Below, piece by piece: positions 1-11,402 of a stretch of 64,000 bases of DNA; position 1 is the stretch's first letter, and every line of letters begins with the position of its first letter. The position numbers and the translations under genes are program-made. This DNA comes from Myxococcota bacterium (GTDB lineage Bacteria; Myxococcota_A; SURF-8), in assembly GCA_965140415.1 (NCBI GenBank), contig OZ223209.1:4256001-4320000 (forward strand). The letters are read 5' to 3'. The notes beneath the pieces were generated by a model that had not been told where the DNA came from, searched no databases, and saw only the letters and a program-made list of their open reading frames with translations.

Positions 1-2
1 CC

Positions 3-920
3 ACGATCGATAAATTCCACGTCGCCGGTTTGTTTTACGAGGGACTGTGTCACGCCAGTCTGGGCATGTACCAGGCCATGAGAGACAATGTCATCCAGGC
101 AGGATTGAGCGGGCGGACGGCGATAAAGCGCTTTTTCGAGGTTCTGGAGTTGCGACCCGACCTGCATGGTGCGCTGTTGATGATCGGTGCTTATAACTAC
201 TACACAGCAAATCTGGGAACGCTGGGGCGGATCCTGTTAGGCATTCTCGGCTTGCCCAAAGGCGATCGTGAAACCGGCCTGAAGCAGATGAGACAGGCGG
301 CACAGACCGGCAGTCCAGTGGATGTACTGGGCAAAATGATGTTGGCCTCCGCGCTGGTTCACCGAGAAAAGAAGCCGGAAGAAGGCTTGGCGTTGATGCA
401 GGAAGTCGTGCAATTGATACCCAACAGTGTGGAAGCCTACATGCAACTGGCCGATCTCGCGCTGATGTCGGGTCGCCTGGAAATGGCCGATCAAGCGATA
501 CAGCAGGCAAGAGAACATCAACCGCCCAAAGAAGTCCGAAATTCCCTGGCGGATTTCAGACAGCAGGACCATCGTCTGGCGTTAACGGAAGCCATGATCG
601 GCATTCTGGTTCAGCATAACCCGGATGGACTGCACACCCTGAACCGATATCGAACCGAATTGCCCAAGGGTGCGCCTCCGTTTTTGAAATTGTTTTCTGC
701 GGTTCGCCTTGGGCACATATACAAGCTGGCAGATGAGATGACCACCGCCAATCGCCTGTATCGCTGGGCATATGACGAAGATGGGCCGAATTCGATTCGT
801 GACCAGGCGCAACGTTACCTGGATGGCGAGGAAGATATTCGCAAACGAATTCAACTGGATGAAGAAACCAGGGACTCCCTGAAGCAGTGGCTGATCACGC
901 AGCCTTCACCGTTTGAATGA
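3..920 (+). CDS. TPR-like helical repeat protein, 5'-truncated by the window edge
   Basis: Frame open from position 3; TPR-like segments (e.g. ALMQEVVQLIPNSVEAYMQLADLAL). Confidence 0.6.
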   Translation, partial: TIDKFHVAGLFYEGLCHASLGMYQAMRDNVIQAGLSGRTAIKRFFEVLELRPDLHGALLMIGAYNYYTANLGTLGRILLGILGLPKGDRETGLKQMRQAAQTGSPVDVLGKMMLASALVHREKKPEEGLALMQEVVQLIPNSVEAYMQLADLALMSGRLEMADQAIQQAREHQPPKEVRNSLADFRQQDHRLALTEAMIGILVQHNPDGLHTLNRYRTELPKGAPPFLKLFSAVRLGHIYKLADEMTTANRLYRWAYDEDGPNSIRDQAQRYLDGEEDIRKRIQLDEETRDSLKQWLITQPSPFE

Positions 921-952
921 GCGTCCCGAAGATTAGGTATCGAAGCCGGGAC

Positions 953-2725
953 TCAGTCGGAAAAATACGCGATCTGTGCGCGTTCGTAAAAGGCCGACCA
1001 ACTGCAATACATGAACGGAATAATGAACAATATCGCAAGGATACCGGAAACACCCATCCAAATCGGCGCTGCCACCGGAACCCCGGCATGACTTTGCAAT
1101 AACCAGCCAATCAACACTGCGCCGCCACCAAGCAATCCCAGTACAATCGAGCTTACGATTCCCAGCAAAATGTAGAAAATTACAAAAGAGAATTTTCGTC
1201 CCTGCATGATTCGCCAGCTTACCAGCAAGGCGGAAATGCCGGAATAGCTGGTATCCATTGCAACGAGAATGGCCTGTGAAAAACCGGTGAAAATCACGAT
1301 CTGAGTCAAACTGAATACACCGAAAACCAAGACATGATAGATCAGGTTGAAATGCTCCGCATATGCCTTGGCAACTCCGCTTTTCATCAAGAATACAACA
1401 ACCTTGTTTTCCTGTAATAACGGCAGGTAAACCAGAATCGCCGCTGACAGTGCAAATACAATCCCCATCACCAGTATAGTCACGGTAATTGAAACCACAC
1501 GCGGGAATGCGTTAAACAGATCGCTGATGCGCACCTTGTGCGAGCGCAACGCATGTAGCGTAGCGGAAAAGAAACCGGCTACAAGCAGAGTTTGAATCCA
1601 TAAAACCAATAGCGTAATCCCCCCGGAGACCAGCAGTTCTTTCGGCCAGCTTCTGGGATCGACCGACATCGAGGGTGGAACCGAATTCGAAATCGAAGTC
1701 GGCTTCACGAAAGCCGCCAAAGCAGCCAAAAGCCCGGTAAATAAGGCCAACATCAAAATCGTCGTCAATGTCAGCTTGGACCAGTTCGAGCGCAGGCTTT
1801 TCCATCCAAGGCGAAGGGCCCCCAGCGCCTGTCCGCCTTTCATCAAGTCCTCGACATACGCAGCATGCGCAACACGAGTATCCGGCACATTACGATTAAG
1901 AAACAAACCGGGCGCGGCCTGCTCGGAATCTTCGGATAATTCAACCCGTCGGGCGGTTTCCAATTCCAGCGAAGGCAAGTTGGAGTCCGCAGGCGAGCTT
2001 CCCGCCGGATACGCATAGGCTACGGCAGCAGGCGGAGCCGTCTCACTTGATTCTTCTTCTTGCTGCGGCGTTTGCATCTCCGTAGAAGGGGAAAGCTCCA
2101 AAGGAGGCAGTTCGCCCGGATCACTCAACTGCACCGCTTCGTTCGGCTCGTTCGGCTCGTTCGGTTCAACTAGTTCGACTGGTTCGACCGCTTCGCCCTG
2201 CCCTTCCAGTTCATCAGGCTTAGCCTGTTCCGGTTCTGTATTCCGGTCTAAATCCACAACCTCTTCAAAGCTCGGAACCAGTTGGGGCTGCTTGTCGGAA
2301 GTTTCAACAGGCAGTCTTTCTTCCGGCTGCAATAGACCTTCCCAGGCCGTGTTTTTCGCCAGAGGAAGCAGGCGTTTTTTTATGGCATCGGAAATAGAAA
2401 CGTGGCCGTCCGTTTCGACGGCAATGGAGCGGCTGAATCGATCTTCTGAAGAATATTCTTCCTTGCGGACAAAGCGTTTTTCCACACTGGCCAGCAGCGG
2501 GTCAGTTGAAGCTTTGATCGTTCGATAGGCATTTTGCAGTGCGGCTTGCGTTTCGGTTTGTACGAGCAGACAGAGCGAACCGTCTTGCAGTTTGCCGTGC
2601 TGTAAGCGGAAAACTCCCAGATCATCCGGCGCGAAACTTCGGAAAACCAAGCTGTAAATGGCTTGGCCGGCGGATTTGGGTTTTATCGCTGCACTATCAA
2701 AACGAATCCCCAGGCGATAGGGCAT
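953..2725 (-). CDS. Membrane protein: soluble N-terminal domain, acidic Pro/Glu linker, multi-TM C-terminal domain
   Basis: 590-aa ORF with EPN repeats and about 6 hydrophobic helices in the C-terminal half. Confidence 0.6.
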   Translation of the reverse strand: MPYRLGIRFDSAAIKPKSAGQAIYSLVFRSFAPDDLGVFRLQHGKLQDGSLCLLVQTETQAALQNAYRTIKASTDPLLASVEKRFVRKEEYSSEDRFSRSIAVETDGHVSISDAIKKRLLPLAKNTAWEGLLQPEERLPVETSDKQPQLVPSFEEVVDLDRNTEPEQAKPDELEGQGEAVEPVELVEPNEPNEPNEAVQLSDPGELPPLELSPSTEMQTPQQEEESSETAPPAAVAYAYPAGSSPADSNLPSLELETARRVELSEDSEQAAPGLFLNRNVPDTRVAHAAYVEDLMKGGQALGALRLGWKSLRSNWSKLTLTTILMLALFTGLLAALAAFVKPTSISNSVPPSMSVDPRSWPKELLVSGGITLLVLWIQTLLVAGFFSATLHALRSHKVRISDLFNAFPRVVSITVTILVMGIVFALSAAILVYLPLLQENKVVVFLMKSGVAKAYAEHFNLIYHVLVFGVFSLTQIVIFTGFSQAILVAMDTSYSGISALLVSWRIMQGRKFSFVIFYILLGIVSSIVLGLLGGGAVLIGWLLQSHAGVPVAAPIWMGVSGILAILFIIPFMYCSWSAFYERAQIAYFSD

Positions 2726-2836
2726 CTGTCGCTCCTTAACCAGATCTGTAGAAGTTTCTTCGAATCCGGATGATCGTCAATCACACTGTAGCAAATGCAA
2801 CGGTAAAACGGAACAGAAAGAAACAATCGCATAACT

Positions 2837-2867
2837 AAAACGCCCCCGACCAATCAGGCCGGGGGCG
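2837..2867 (-). terminator. Rho-independent terminator of the fad operon
   Basis: CGCCCCCG...CGGGGGCG stem followed by a T-run on the minus strand, just after the thiolase stop. Confidence 0.7.
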
Positions 2868-2900
2868 AATGTCATTCATGTGAATGAACGAACTTAGGCA

Positions 2901-4082
<1,182 letters not shown>

Positions 4083-4137
4083 AATATTCACTCCTTTAAT
4101 AAAGGTTTGTTATTTGGTTGCTATTCGTAACGCCGTC

Positions 4138-6525
4138 TTAGTTACGCAGCGGACGTCCGGTGGTCAGCAGCGACTGCATACGCTCGATGGCTTTCTGCTC
4201 GCCAACCAGACTCATGAACGCTTCGCGTTCCAGATCCAACAGATGCTGCTCGGTTACCGCCGTGTTGGGTTCGATGTCGCCACCGCACAGCACGTTGGCC
4301 AGCTTCGTCGCGATCTTGACTTCGAATTCGGTCACGTAGCCGCCCTGTACCATGTTGTACAGACCCGTCTGGAAAGTAGCCTTACCCGGCTTGCCCGGCA
4401 GGATCAGGTAATCCGGCATTTCGGGAGCGCGGTAGCCGCCCAGGTACATGCCCTTGGCCAAGCGCTTGGCTTCCCAGATCTGCTCGTCGCGGTTCATGAC
4501 GATACGGTCACTGGCGCGCAGCACCTTGGTGTCCTTAGCCATTGCAGCCGATAAGCTGACGTTCGCCATGGCGATCTGCTCGAAGACACGCTGCACGATC
4601 GGGAAACGATCGATCTTCATGTCCGCCGGGATGTTTTCCAGGTAGTGGATCAACAGGTTCTTGTTACCCGCGCCGCCAGGAATCAGGCCCGCGCCCAATT
4701 CGACCAGACCGGCGTACAGTTCGCAGTGCGAAACAACCGCGTCACCGGAGAGGATGACTTCGCAGCCACCGCCCAGCGCCATGCCGTGAGGAGCAATGAC
4801 GACCGGCTTCGGACAATAACGCATACGCATCGAACCCTGCTGCAAACCGGTGACCGCTTCTTCGATCATGTCGAACTGGCCGCCCATGGCGCCCATCATG
4901 ATCATGGCCAGGTTCGCGCCGACGGAGAAGTTCTCGCCTTCGTTGGCGATTACCAGACCGGCCCAATCGTCCGAGGATTCCACCAGGTCGCAACCTTCGT
5001 GGATCATCTGAATGATTTCGCCGTCGATGGCGTTCATTTTGCAATGGAATTCGACCAGCGCCACGCCGTCGCCGATATCATGCAACGAAGCGGAAGAGTT
5101 GGTCTTCAAAGCCTGTTTGTGGGTTTTGTGCAGCGTCAGGCTGAAGTTTTCGGGTTTGGTCGGAACCGGCTGATAGGCTTCGGTCTTCACATCCCAGAAA
5201 TATTTCTTGCCTTCACGCACCACATACCAGCTACCTTCGGATTTGGCAACCATGGTGTCCACGGTAGCCGGAACGGCCAGACCGTCGGCTTTCATGCGTT
5301 CCACGGATTCTTTCACGCCGATGGCATCCCATACTTCGAAGGGACCCATTTCCCAGGCATAGCCCCACTTCATACCGTTGTCGATGTTGACGACGTCTTC
5401 GCAGATTTCACCGATCCGGTTCACGGCGTAGATGGCGCCGCGAGAGAGCAGCTTCCATGCGAATTTACCGAATTTGTCATCGGTGTTGACCAGCTGCTTG
5501 ATGCGCAGGCCGGGATCGTCGGTGTTTTTGGCGATCTTCAGGCAATCGGCCTTGACCTTCTCCAAGGGTTTGTATTCCTTGGTTTTCCAGTCCATGACCA
5601 TCTTCTGCTTGCCTTCTCTTTTGTAGAAGCCGGCTTTGGTCTTGTTGCCCAGCAGGTTGTTGTCGAGCATTTTCTGCAAATAATCGGGGATCACCAGCTG
5701 ATCGCGCGCTTCGTCGTTGGGCAGCGCTTCGTAGCTGTTGGTGATGATGTGGCCGATGGTGTCCAGACCAACCAAATCAGCGGTCTTGAAGGTCGGCATT
5801 TTGTGAGCCATCGCGGAACCGGTGACGGCATCGACTTCTTCGATCGTCAGATCGTCTTCGACCATGGCGGACAGAACGCCCATCATCGAACCCACACCGA
5901 TGCGGTTACCGACGAAGTTCGGGGTGTCCAGACCGTACACGATGCCCTTGCCCAGTTTGCTTTCACCGAAATCGGCCATCAGTTTGATGACTGCGGGATC
6001 GGTCTTTTCGCCCGGAACCAGTTCCAACAGGCGCATGTAACGAACCGGGTTGAAGAAGTGAGTGACCAGGAAGTTCTTCTGGAAGTCTTCCGGGTAGCCT
6101 TCGACCATCGTGTTGATGGCGATACCCGAGGTGTTACTGGAAACGATGGTTCCCGGCTTGACCACTTTGACCAGTTTGTCGAACAGGCTGCGCTTGATGT
6201 CCAGCTGTTCCAACACGACTTCGACGACCCAATCGCACTCGGCGACTTTGTCCAGGTCATCCTCGATGTTTCCGACTTCGATCAAGCTCGCACGTCGCTT
6301 GTTCATCAAGGGCTGAATCTGGCCCTTCTGCTTGATCATCTTGGTGACCGCGCCAGCAGCGAAAGAATTTCGCTTGGCTTTGTTTTTTTTCTCCTCATCG
6401 GAGAGGTTGGGTGGAACGATGTCCAGCAGGATGCTGGGAATGCCCGCGTTCGCGAGCTGAGCCGCAATCCCGCTGCCCATTATTCCGGCTCCCACAACTG
6501 CCACTTTCTTGATTTCTCTCGCCAT
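4138..6525 (-). CDS. fadN: 3-hydroxyacyl-CoA dehydrogenase / enoyl-CoA hydratase (FadN-type)
   Basis: GAGIMG Rossmann motif, SSNTSG, HFFNP, C-terminal crotonase domain (ALGGGCE), ends GRPLRN. Confidence 0.9.
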   Translation of the reverse strand: MAREIKKVAVVGAGIMGSGIAAQLANAGIPSILLDIVPPNLSDEEKKNKAKRNSFAAGAVTKMIKQKGQIQPLMNKRRASLIEVGNIEDDLDKVAECDWVVEVVLEQLDIKRSLFDKLVKVVKPGTIVSSNTSGIAINTMVEGYPEDFQKNFLVTHFFNPVRYMRLLELVPGEKTDPAVIKLMADFGESKLGKGIVYGLDTPNFVGNRIGVGSMMGVLSAMVEDDLTIEEVDAVTGSAMAHKMPTFKTADLVGLDTIGHIITNSYEALPNDEARDQLVIPDYLQKMLDNNLLGNKTKAGFYKREGKQKMVMDWKTKEYKPLEKVKADCLKIAKNTDDPGLRIKQLVNTDDKFGKFAWKLLSRGAIYAVNRIGEICEDVVNIDNGMKWGYAWEMGPFEVWDAIGVKESVERMKADGLAVPATVDTMVAKSEGSWYVVREGKKYFWDVKTEAYQPVPTKPENFSLTLHKTHKQALKTNSSASLHDIGDGVALVEFHCKMNAIDGEIIQMIHEGCDLVESSDDWAGLVIANEGENFSVGANLAMIMMGAMGGQFDMIEEAVTGLQQGSMRMRYCPKPVVIAPHGMALGGGCEVILSGDAVVSHCELYAGLVELGAGLIPGGAGNKNLLIHYLENIPADMKIDRFPIVQRVFEQIAMANVSLSAAMAKDTKVLRASDRIVMNRDEQIWEAKRLAKGMYLGGYRAPEMPDYLILPGKPGKATFQTGLYNMVQGGYVTEFEVKIATKLANVLCGGDIEPNTAVTEQHLLDLEREAFMSLVGEQKAIERMQSLLTTGRPLRN

Positions 6526-6652
6526 TAATTCCTCCGTCTTAGTTAAGCCTCAAAAAATTTCCGACTTTGCTTGAAACAAAATGGAACCGGAGTCAAAAAA
6601 AGAAGAACTTCACCTGTTGGCTTGATGAAGTTCGTCAACTCTCGCCAGCTAA

Positions 6653-6709
6653 TGAATGACGGTTCATTCACGATAAAAGAAATCATACCCCATCCATACG
6701 CCCTGTCAA
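6653..6709 (-). promoter_or_regulatory. fad promoter (TTGACA-16-TATGAT) with downstream TGAATGA-N4-TCATTCA palindrome (FadR/YsiA TetR-type box)
   Basis: Palindrome at 6653-6670; -35 at 6704-6709 and -10 at 6682-6687 on the minus strand. Confidence 0.7.
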
Positions 6710-6943
6710 GGCAAAAAATAATAAGGAATTGCCACTTCCTACCATATGTTGGGGTCTCTGCTCTAAATAGCGCCTATCAATCTTGCCTAGATATGCCATA
6801 ACCGATTGTTTTCTTTACAATATAAGCTGAATGAGCTATCTCTGGGAAAGGTATCGATCCTCTTAACGCGCTGCGAAATTGTCAGGATCATTGACCCGAT
6901 CTCGGCTTGCTGATAGCGTTATCATATAAGGATGTGACCTGAA

Positions 6944-9076
6944 ATGAACCACGCAGTAGCTATACATGTAATGTTTCAACAGAATGCCCGCGAGCTATCG
7001 TTCGCATTTACCGGCAATGAGCAACGCGATGCGTCACCTTGGAAGCAGTTTGTCAGCACAATACAAGGTAATCCACAAGCCGAACTGACGATTGAACTCT
7101 CCGCCGAACCGACTGGCTTCCCGGCAACGGTCAAACTTCTTCGCCGCCTTAAAAGCCTGGTAGATGAGCGGCTGCACTGGAAGCTGAAGTGGCCAGATTC
7201 TCCCCTGCCCGCTTCGCTGAAAGCGAGTTATCAGCAGTTGTTCGAACTTTTCAGCCACGCCACCGTTTCGGCAAAAGGCAATGAAAAGCTGATCATCAAC
7301 ACAACCTATAAATGCAACAACCATTGCATCTTCTGCTCGATTGCGGACCGGGAAATCCGGCATGGCGATTTCGAACGCCAGAAACAGGCCATCGATCAGG
7401 CGCGGGAACGCGGGGTGCGTATGCTGGACATCGACGGCGGCGAGCCGACGCTCTATCCGCGTTTGTTCGACCTGCTCGACTACGCCCGGCAAGCCGGCAT
7501 GGAAACCTTGACCATCACCAGTAATGGCCGCCTGCTTTCGGATCCTGCACTTGTTGAAAAACTGGCCGCCTATCCGTTGAATCTGTTGATTTCCCTGCAC
7601 GGAGCCAATCCTCAGATTCATGAAAGCTTGACGACCCAGCCCGGCTCCTTCCGTCAAACCGTGCGCGGACTGATGAACGCCCGCAAACATTTTCCTGCTG
7701 TCGGAGTCAACACCACCGTCACGCGCGACAACCTGCACGAATTGCCTGCCATGGCAGCCCTGCTGATCAAGCTGGGAATCAAAACCTGGAACATCCAGTA
7801 CTACACTCCCTTCGGCGAGGTAGATCCAGCACTGGCGCCCGATCCTTACGAAGCCGGAGAAAAAATCAGCCAGGTCATTCAACAGGCAGGCGACCGCTTG
7901 AAAATTCTGGTGATCAACCTGCCCTTCTGCCTGCTCCCCGGCTACGAACGCTACGCATTGCAGGATTATTACAAGTCCGTGCGCCATATGCTTTTCGTCG
8001 ATGGCGAGGAAGTGAACTTGGCGGATTTCCTGGCCGAAGCGCGTTTCAAAAACGGCAAATGCGCCCACTGTCCCTACGATCCGGTCTGCAACGGCTTCTG
8101 GGATTTCGGCCCGCATCCAGACACGGGGCGTCCCTCCCGCATTCGTCTGCTCGACGTGCTGCCCGGCTATCCCTGCTCGGCAAAATGTATCTTCTGTGCC
8201 GTACCGGATGAGATGCTGGAGCAGCAACTGGATACGGAGCAGGTCAAAGCGGAGATTTCACGCGCCATGGCCTATGGTCCCCGCCTGATCCGCTTCGGCG
8301 GCGGAGAACCTACCGACCGCGAGGATCTTCCCGAGTTGCTGCGTTATGCCAAGTCCATGGAGCCGGAGCGGCTCTCCCTTCAAACGCACGGCTTCCGCCT
8401 GGCGGATTCCAGCTATTTGAACAGCCTGATCGACGCCGGTGTGGATCGCTTCAACATTTCGGTTCGCGGCGCAGATGAACAGACTCATGAGACGCTGACT
8501 GGCGTGCCCGGCTCCTTCGAGCAGCTTCGAACGGCCATCCGCAATGTCGCAAAAGCCACTGCCACTATCGAGTTGGAGCTGGATGCGATCCTGACCCAAC
8601 AGACAGTCGGCTCCTTAGGCGAGCAGGTCCGCTTTTTCCATTCGCTGGGCGCAAGACGCATGAATGTCTGGTTCGTCACGGCTCAAGGCAGAGCGCGCCT
8701 GCGTTGGAAGGAACTGGTTCCCAACATGACCGAAACCGCTCGCGCCGTCAGTGAAGCCGCACGTTTGGCAGAGACACTGGGTTTCGAGAGCTTCCGCTGC
8801 TACTACATCCCCTACTGCTTTTTCCCGGAAACGCCGGCGCTGGTCTGGCATCCGCTGGAGGAAAACGCCCTGGTCGTCACACCCACATCCCGCTTTACGC
8901 TGGATCGCGGCTCGCTCGATCTCGGCGTAAAAACGGCAGCCTGCGAGCGTTGCGCCATTTGCGACGACTGCTTCGGCATCGCGCCCAGTTACCTGGAGCA
9001 TTTCGGCTACAGTGAACTGCGTCCCTTCAGCGCACCGCCTCCCGGTTTTTCTCCGTTACGTAAAAAGAATGGTTAG
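6944..9076 (+). CDS. Tandem double radical SAM protein
   Basis: Two CxxxCxxC motifs (CNNHCIFC, CSAKCIFC), each followed by GGEP and a C-terminal CxxC-x5-C cluster. Confidence 0.85.
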   Translation: MNHAVAIHVMFQQNARELSFAFTGNEQRDASPWKQFVSTIQGNPQAELTIELSAEPTGFPATVKLLRRLKSLVDERLHWKLKWPDSPLPASLKASYQQLFELFSHATVSAKGNEKLIINTTYKCNNHCIFCSIADREIRHGDFERQKQAIDQARERGVRMLDIDGGEPTLYPRLFDLLDYARQAGMETLTITSNGRLLSDPALVEKLAAYPLNLLISLHGANPQIHESLTTQPGSFRQTVRGLMNARKHFPAVGVNTTVTRDNLHELPAMAALLIKLGIKTWNIQYYTPFGEVDPALAPDPYEAGEKISQVIQQAGDRLKILVINLPFCLLPGYERYALQDYYKSVRHMLFVDGEEVNLADFLAEARFKNGKCAHCPYDPVCNGFWDFGPHPDTGRPSRIRLLDVLPGYPCSAKCIFCAVPDEMLEQQLDTEQVKAEISRAMAYGPRLIRFGGGEPTDREDLPELLRYAKSMEPERLSLQTHGFRLADSSYLNSLIDAGVDRFNISVRGADEQTHETLTGVPGSFEQLRTAIRNVAKATATIELELDAILTQQTVGSLGEQVRFFHSLGARRMNVWFVTAQGRARLRWKELVPNMTETARAVSEAARLAETLGFESFRCYYIPYCFFPETPALVWHPLEENALVVTPTSRFTLDRGSLDLGVKTAACERCAICDDCFGIAPSYLEHFGYSELRPFSAPPPGFSPLRKKNG

Positions 9077-11346
9077 AACATACCGAGTTTCGGAATCGTC
9101 GTTTCGATGTAGAAAATGGCGTGGCCGGAAATGTTCCAGCTATCGGGAATGTAGTCTTTCTGCATTCCGATCATGGTGGACTTGATCATGCTGGGTAAGC
9201 TTGGGCGCTGTTCATACCAGTAATTCACCGCAATCTCCACGCCGAAGTTGATAATGGAATGCAGTGGCTCGCCACCTCGGAAATCCCGGCGACTCCACAG
9301 ATGATTGTACTGCAAGCGCACGCCACCTTCGACATTGAACAGGTTCGTGTTCGTCAGATCGTCGCGAATGCCGCCGAACAACTTGTAGGAGAACTTGTCG
9401 TCGAATAGACTTCTGTCGTAAATCAGCGTGAAGTAGCCCATCAGCGACGCATCGCGCCGGGTCGCCTTTTCCAGATTCAGAACGATGATCTCCGGTGCAA
9501 TACCGACCGAAAGCAACAGCTTGCGCTCCAGAAACCCCGGTGTAAAGCCATTCCCCAGCGGATTGAAAACGATCCCGAATTCGATGGGACGAAAACCGAA
9601 CGAATCCGCGCTGCCATCGAAAGGTTCGCTATCGTAAAGCATTTCCAACAGGTCGAGCTTGATTCCCCAGGACGATCCCGGTACGCATTTTACGGCAAAG
9701 GGATTGACAAAGGGATAGTCGATTTCCTCCCGATCTGAGCCATCCTCGGCTTTCACGGAACAGAAGTGCAGAATGGGGCTTTCAATCGCCTTGGCGTGTA
9801 TGGTATACGCACTATCCGTAAACGCAACCGATGCGCTCAATGTCAGAACGCGAAACATGCCGCCCATGGTTTCGCCATCGGCCAGTGTAAAACCGAAAAT
9901 CATACCCGGATAATTGCCCGCCGCCACGCGCAGCTTTCCGATATTGATGCCATGGGTTTCTTCCCTGCGCGTCTGCTTGCAGCTTTCATCGTCAGGACCA
10001 CAGGGCATTTTAGGATCGAAATTACTCGAATAGCGGGGTTCGACGTTCATGTCATACAGATCGATTGCGGGTGAATCGCCAAATGGCCCGAACATGTCAA
10101 GCACGTCGCGGCGAATGTTTTCGATGATCCAGGGAAAATCCTCTTCGGTCACCCAGGGGTTTTCCTTATCAGGCAGAATGAATTTTGGAACTTGTTCGTG
10201 CAGTACGCTAAAGCGCAGTTCATACAGATCGGTCAGCAGCAGGTTCTGCGGTCCCCGCATAGGAATCGGCATGACAAACGCATCTTCTTTTCGATCTCTG
10301 CAATATGGCGAGTATTCGTCCGGGATGATCCACGGCGTGATCGTATCTCCGGCATCGAGATTTCTACGAGTGACCATCGACATGTCCGGCATGCTTTTCT
10401 TGCGATCCCACCAGACGCCATCCACTTCGTTCAGCGTCAGCTTGCTCTGCTTGTTCGGTAACGGCGCAAGTTTGTGAATCATGGCGTACAGCACGTCATC
10501 CATCGCTTCGTCATAGGGTTTCCCGCTACGCAGGGCATCGGCTCCCAGCTTCGCTCCCAGCGCATTGCTGAACATGTCTTCCGGAGAAAACGAAGACAGC
10601 CGCTCGGAAAACAATTCGACACTACGGTGGTCGTACCAAGTCACGATTTCATGCCAGACCGATAACTTAAACGAGATGCGCTGCGCCAATAGCAGAGCCA
10701 GTTCGTCTTTTTCCGCATCCGAGAGCGACACGCCCGGCAGGCGGATCACGATCTTCCGTTTCGCCGCTTCATCGGCAATGGGAATTACGGCGCCCGAACC
10801 GACGACCAGGCGGATTCGCTCGTAGAGATACGCCGTCCAATCCGCGTAATCCCGGATGTGCGCCAGATCCACCACACCGGCCCGGCAGGTATAGATCAGG
10901 CCGTTCTGCTCGGTTTGAATGTCGCTCAATCGGTAGGAATGATTTCCCAGTTGATCCGGATACAGGATATTATCCAGTTTGACGGGAACGGAAGAACCGG
11001 AGATCGTCGTTCTCAAACTATGCCCGAACGCGCAACAGGGACGCAGCTTGGGAGCTTTCACAAAGCGCGAAACGGCGGAGTCTCCTTCGCCGTCCGAATC
11101 GGACGCGCGCTCCCCTTCTTCGCAAACCACGGCTTTCTCATCCGCTAAGGCTGCGCCGCTTGTCTGTTCGGGGTTCTGTTCCGCGCCGGAACTCGACTCG
11201 CCCGCTTCACTCATTTCTTCCGCAAATGCAATTCCGGCACTGCCAGTCACAACTACGCTGTAGTATAGACTCATACACAAAACCGCGAGAAGCAGTACTA
11301 AAATACTGGGCAATTCGGAAAGCGATTTCACGCGAGGACCGTGCAT
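9073..11346 (-). CDS. Exported DUF4056-like protein with a beta-rich C-terminal extension
   Basis: Signal peptide; LRPCCAFG, GLIYTCRAGVVDLAHIRD and SSFSPEDMFSN motifs; terminal Phe. Confidence 0.65.
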   Translation of the reverse strand: MHGPRVKSLSELPSILVLLLAVLCMSLYYSVVVTGSAGIAFAEEMSEAGESSSGAEQNPEQTSGAALADEKAVVCEEGERASDSDGEGDSAVSRFVKAPKLRPCCAFGHSLRTTISGSSVPVKLDNILYPDQLGNHSYRLSDIQTEQNGLIYTCRAGVVDLAHIRDYADWTAYLYERIRLVVGSGAVIPIADEAAKRKIVIRLPGVSLSDAEKDELALLLAQRISFKLSVWHEIVTWYDHRSVELFSERLSSFSPEDMFSNALGAKLGADALRSGKPYDEAMDDVLYAMIHKLAPLPNKQSKLTLNEVDGVWWDRKKSMPDMSMVTRRNLDAGDTITPWIIPDEYSPYCRDRKEDAFVMPIPMRGPQNLLLTDLYELRFSVLHEQVPKFILPDKENPWVTEEDFPWIIENIRRDVLDMFGPFGDSPAIDLYDMNVEPRYSSNFDPKMPCGPDDESCKQTRREETHGINIGKLRVAAGNYPGMIFGFTLADGETMGGMFRVLTLSASVAFTDSAYTIHAKAIESPILHFCSVKAEDGSDREEIDYPFVNPFAVKCVPGSSWGIKLDLLEMLYDSEPFDGSADSFGFRPIEFGIVFNPLGNGFTPGFLERKLLLSVGIAPEIIVLNLEKATRRDASLMGYFTLIYDRSLFDDKFSYKLFGGIRDDLTNTNLFNVEGGVRLQYNHLWSRRDFRGGEPLHSIINFGVEIAVNYWYEQRPSLPSMIKSTMIGMQKDYIPDSWNISGHAIFYIETTIPKLGMF

Positions 11347-11402
11347 GGCTGCCCCTTCACAGAAGGAAAGTCAGCGAGAAACGAATCCTTATCAGGTTAT
11401 AA

